The notes under the pieces were generated by a model. The model saw nothing but the letters and a program-made list of their open reading frames with translations. It did no database searches and was not told where the DNA came from. Below are positions 46,867 through 46,895 of a stretch of DNA of 46,895 nucleotides, piece by piece; the stretch's first letter is position 1; every line of letters starts with the position of its first letter. This DNA is from Chloroflexota bacterium (GTDB lineage Bacteria; Chloroflexota; Limnocylindria; QHBO01): positions 1 through 46,895 of the forward strand of contig JBBEBK010000008.1 of NCBI GenBank assembly GCA_040882375.1, given 5' to 3'. A program made the translations under genes and the position numbers.

Positions 46867-46895
46867 CGAGAGGCCCCCTCCGCGGACGGGGGGGG

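Noticed and set aside
46866-46895. G-run/palindrome (ccccctccgcggacggggggg) after the last gene as a terminator
   Set aside because: It is plausible as a hairpin, but it is cut by the window edge and has a bulge and a minimal loop, so it cannot be evaluated.

Overview
Very GC-rich, densely packed bacterial chromosomal segment with actinobacterial or Chloroflexi-like coding style. G+C was judged by eye, not computed. I call 45 protein-coding genes and no rRNA or tRNA. I saw no CRISPR array, transposase, integrase or phage genes, so this looks like core or accessory metabolism rather than a mobile island. The long R/G/A/P-rich ORFs in the six-frame track that lie antisense to recognisable genes are GC shadow ORFs. 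Content from left to right: (1) 3' end of a pyruvate:ferredoxin oxidoreductase. (2) A tight same-strand sulfur-trafficking operon, arsR-family regulator, DsrE-like, TusA, DsrE-like, TusA, sulfide:quinone oxidoreductase-like flavoprotein, then a P-type ATPase. (3) An FMN reductase. (4) treS-mak (trehalose to maltose-1-phosphate), a GH63-like hydrolase and a sugar ABC importer with no ATPase gene. (5) A proline-racemase-family enzyme, XdhC, MoaA and an FAD-linked oxidase. (6) A Crp-family regulator divergent from flavoprotein disulfide reductase, DUF3179 lipoprotein and TauE/SafE exporter. (7) NnrE, a UBP-type zinc-finger protein, DUF4395 and a cysteine-less DsrE-like protein. (8) hutI and an EamA transporter. 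(9) A class III nucleotide cyclase fused to a STAND ATPase and TPR array. (10) An ABC-2 exporter and pntAA-pntAB-pntB. (11) An apparent osmoadaptation block: Kef-type antiporter, HAD hydrolase, a translationally coupled operon of an unknown GT-A glycosyltransferase, a tandem-USP::glucosyl-3-phosphoglycerate synthase fusion and glycerate kinase, then CBS protein, ArsB/NhaD permease and CPA2 antiporter. The most interesting candidates are the duplicated DsrE-TusA/SQR operon, which lacks rhodanese and persulfide dioxygenase; the USP-fused GpgS operon; the FDR-DUF3179-TauE module; and the cyclase-STAND protein. All functional calls come from reading motifs in the translations. No database search was run.
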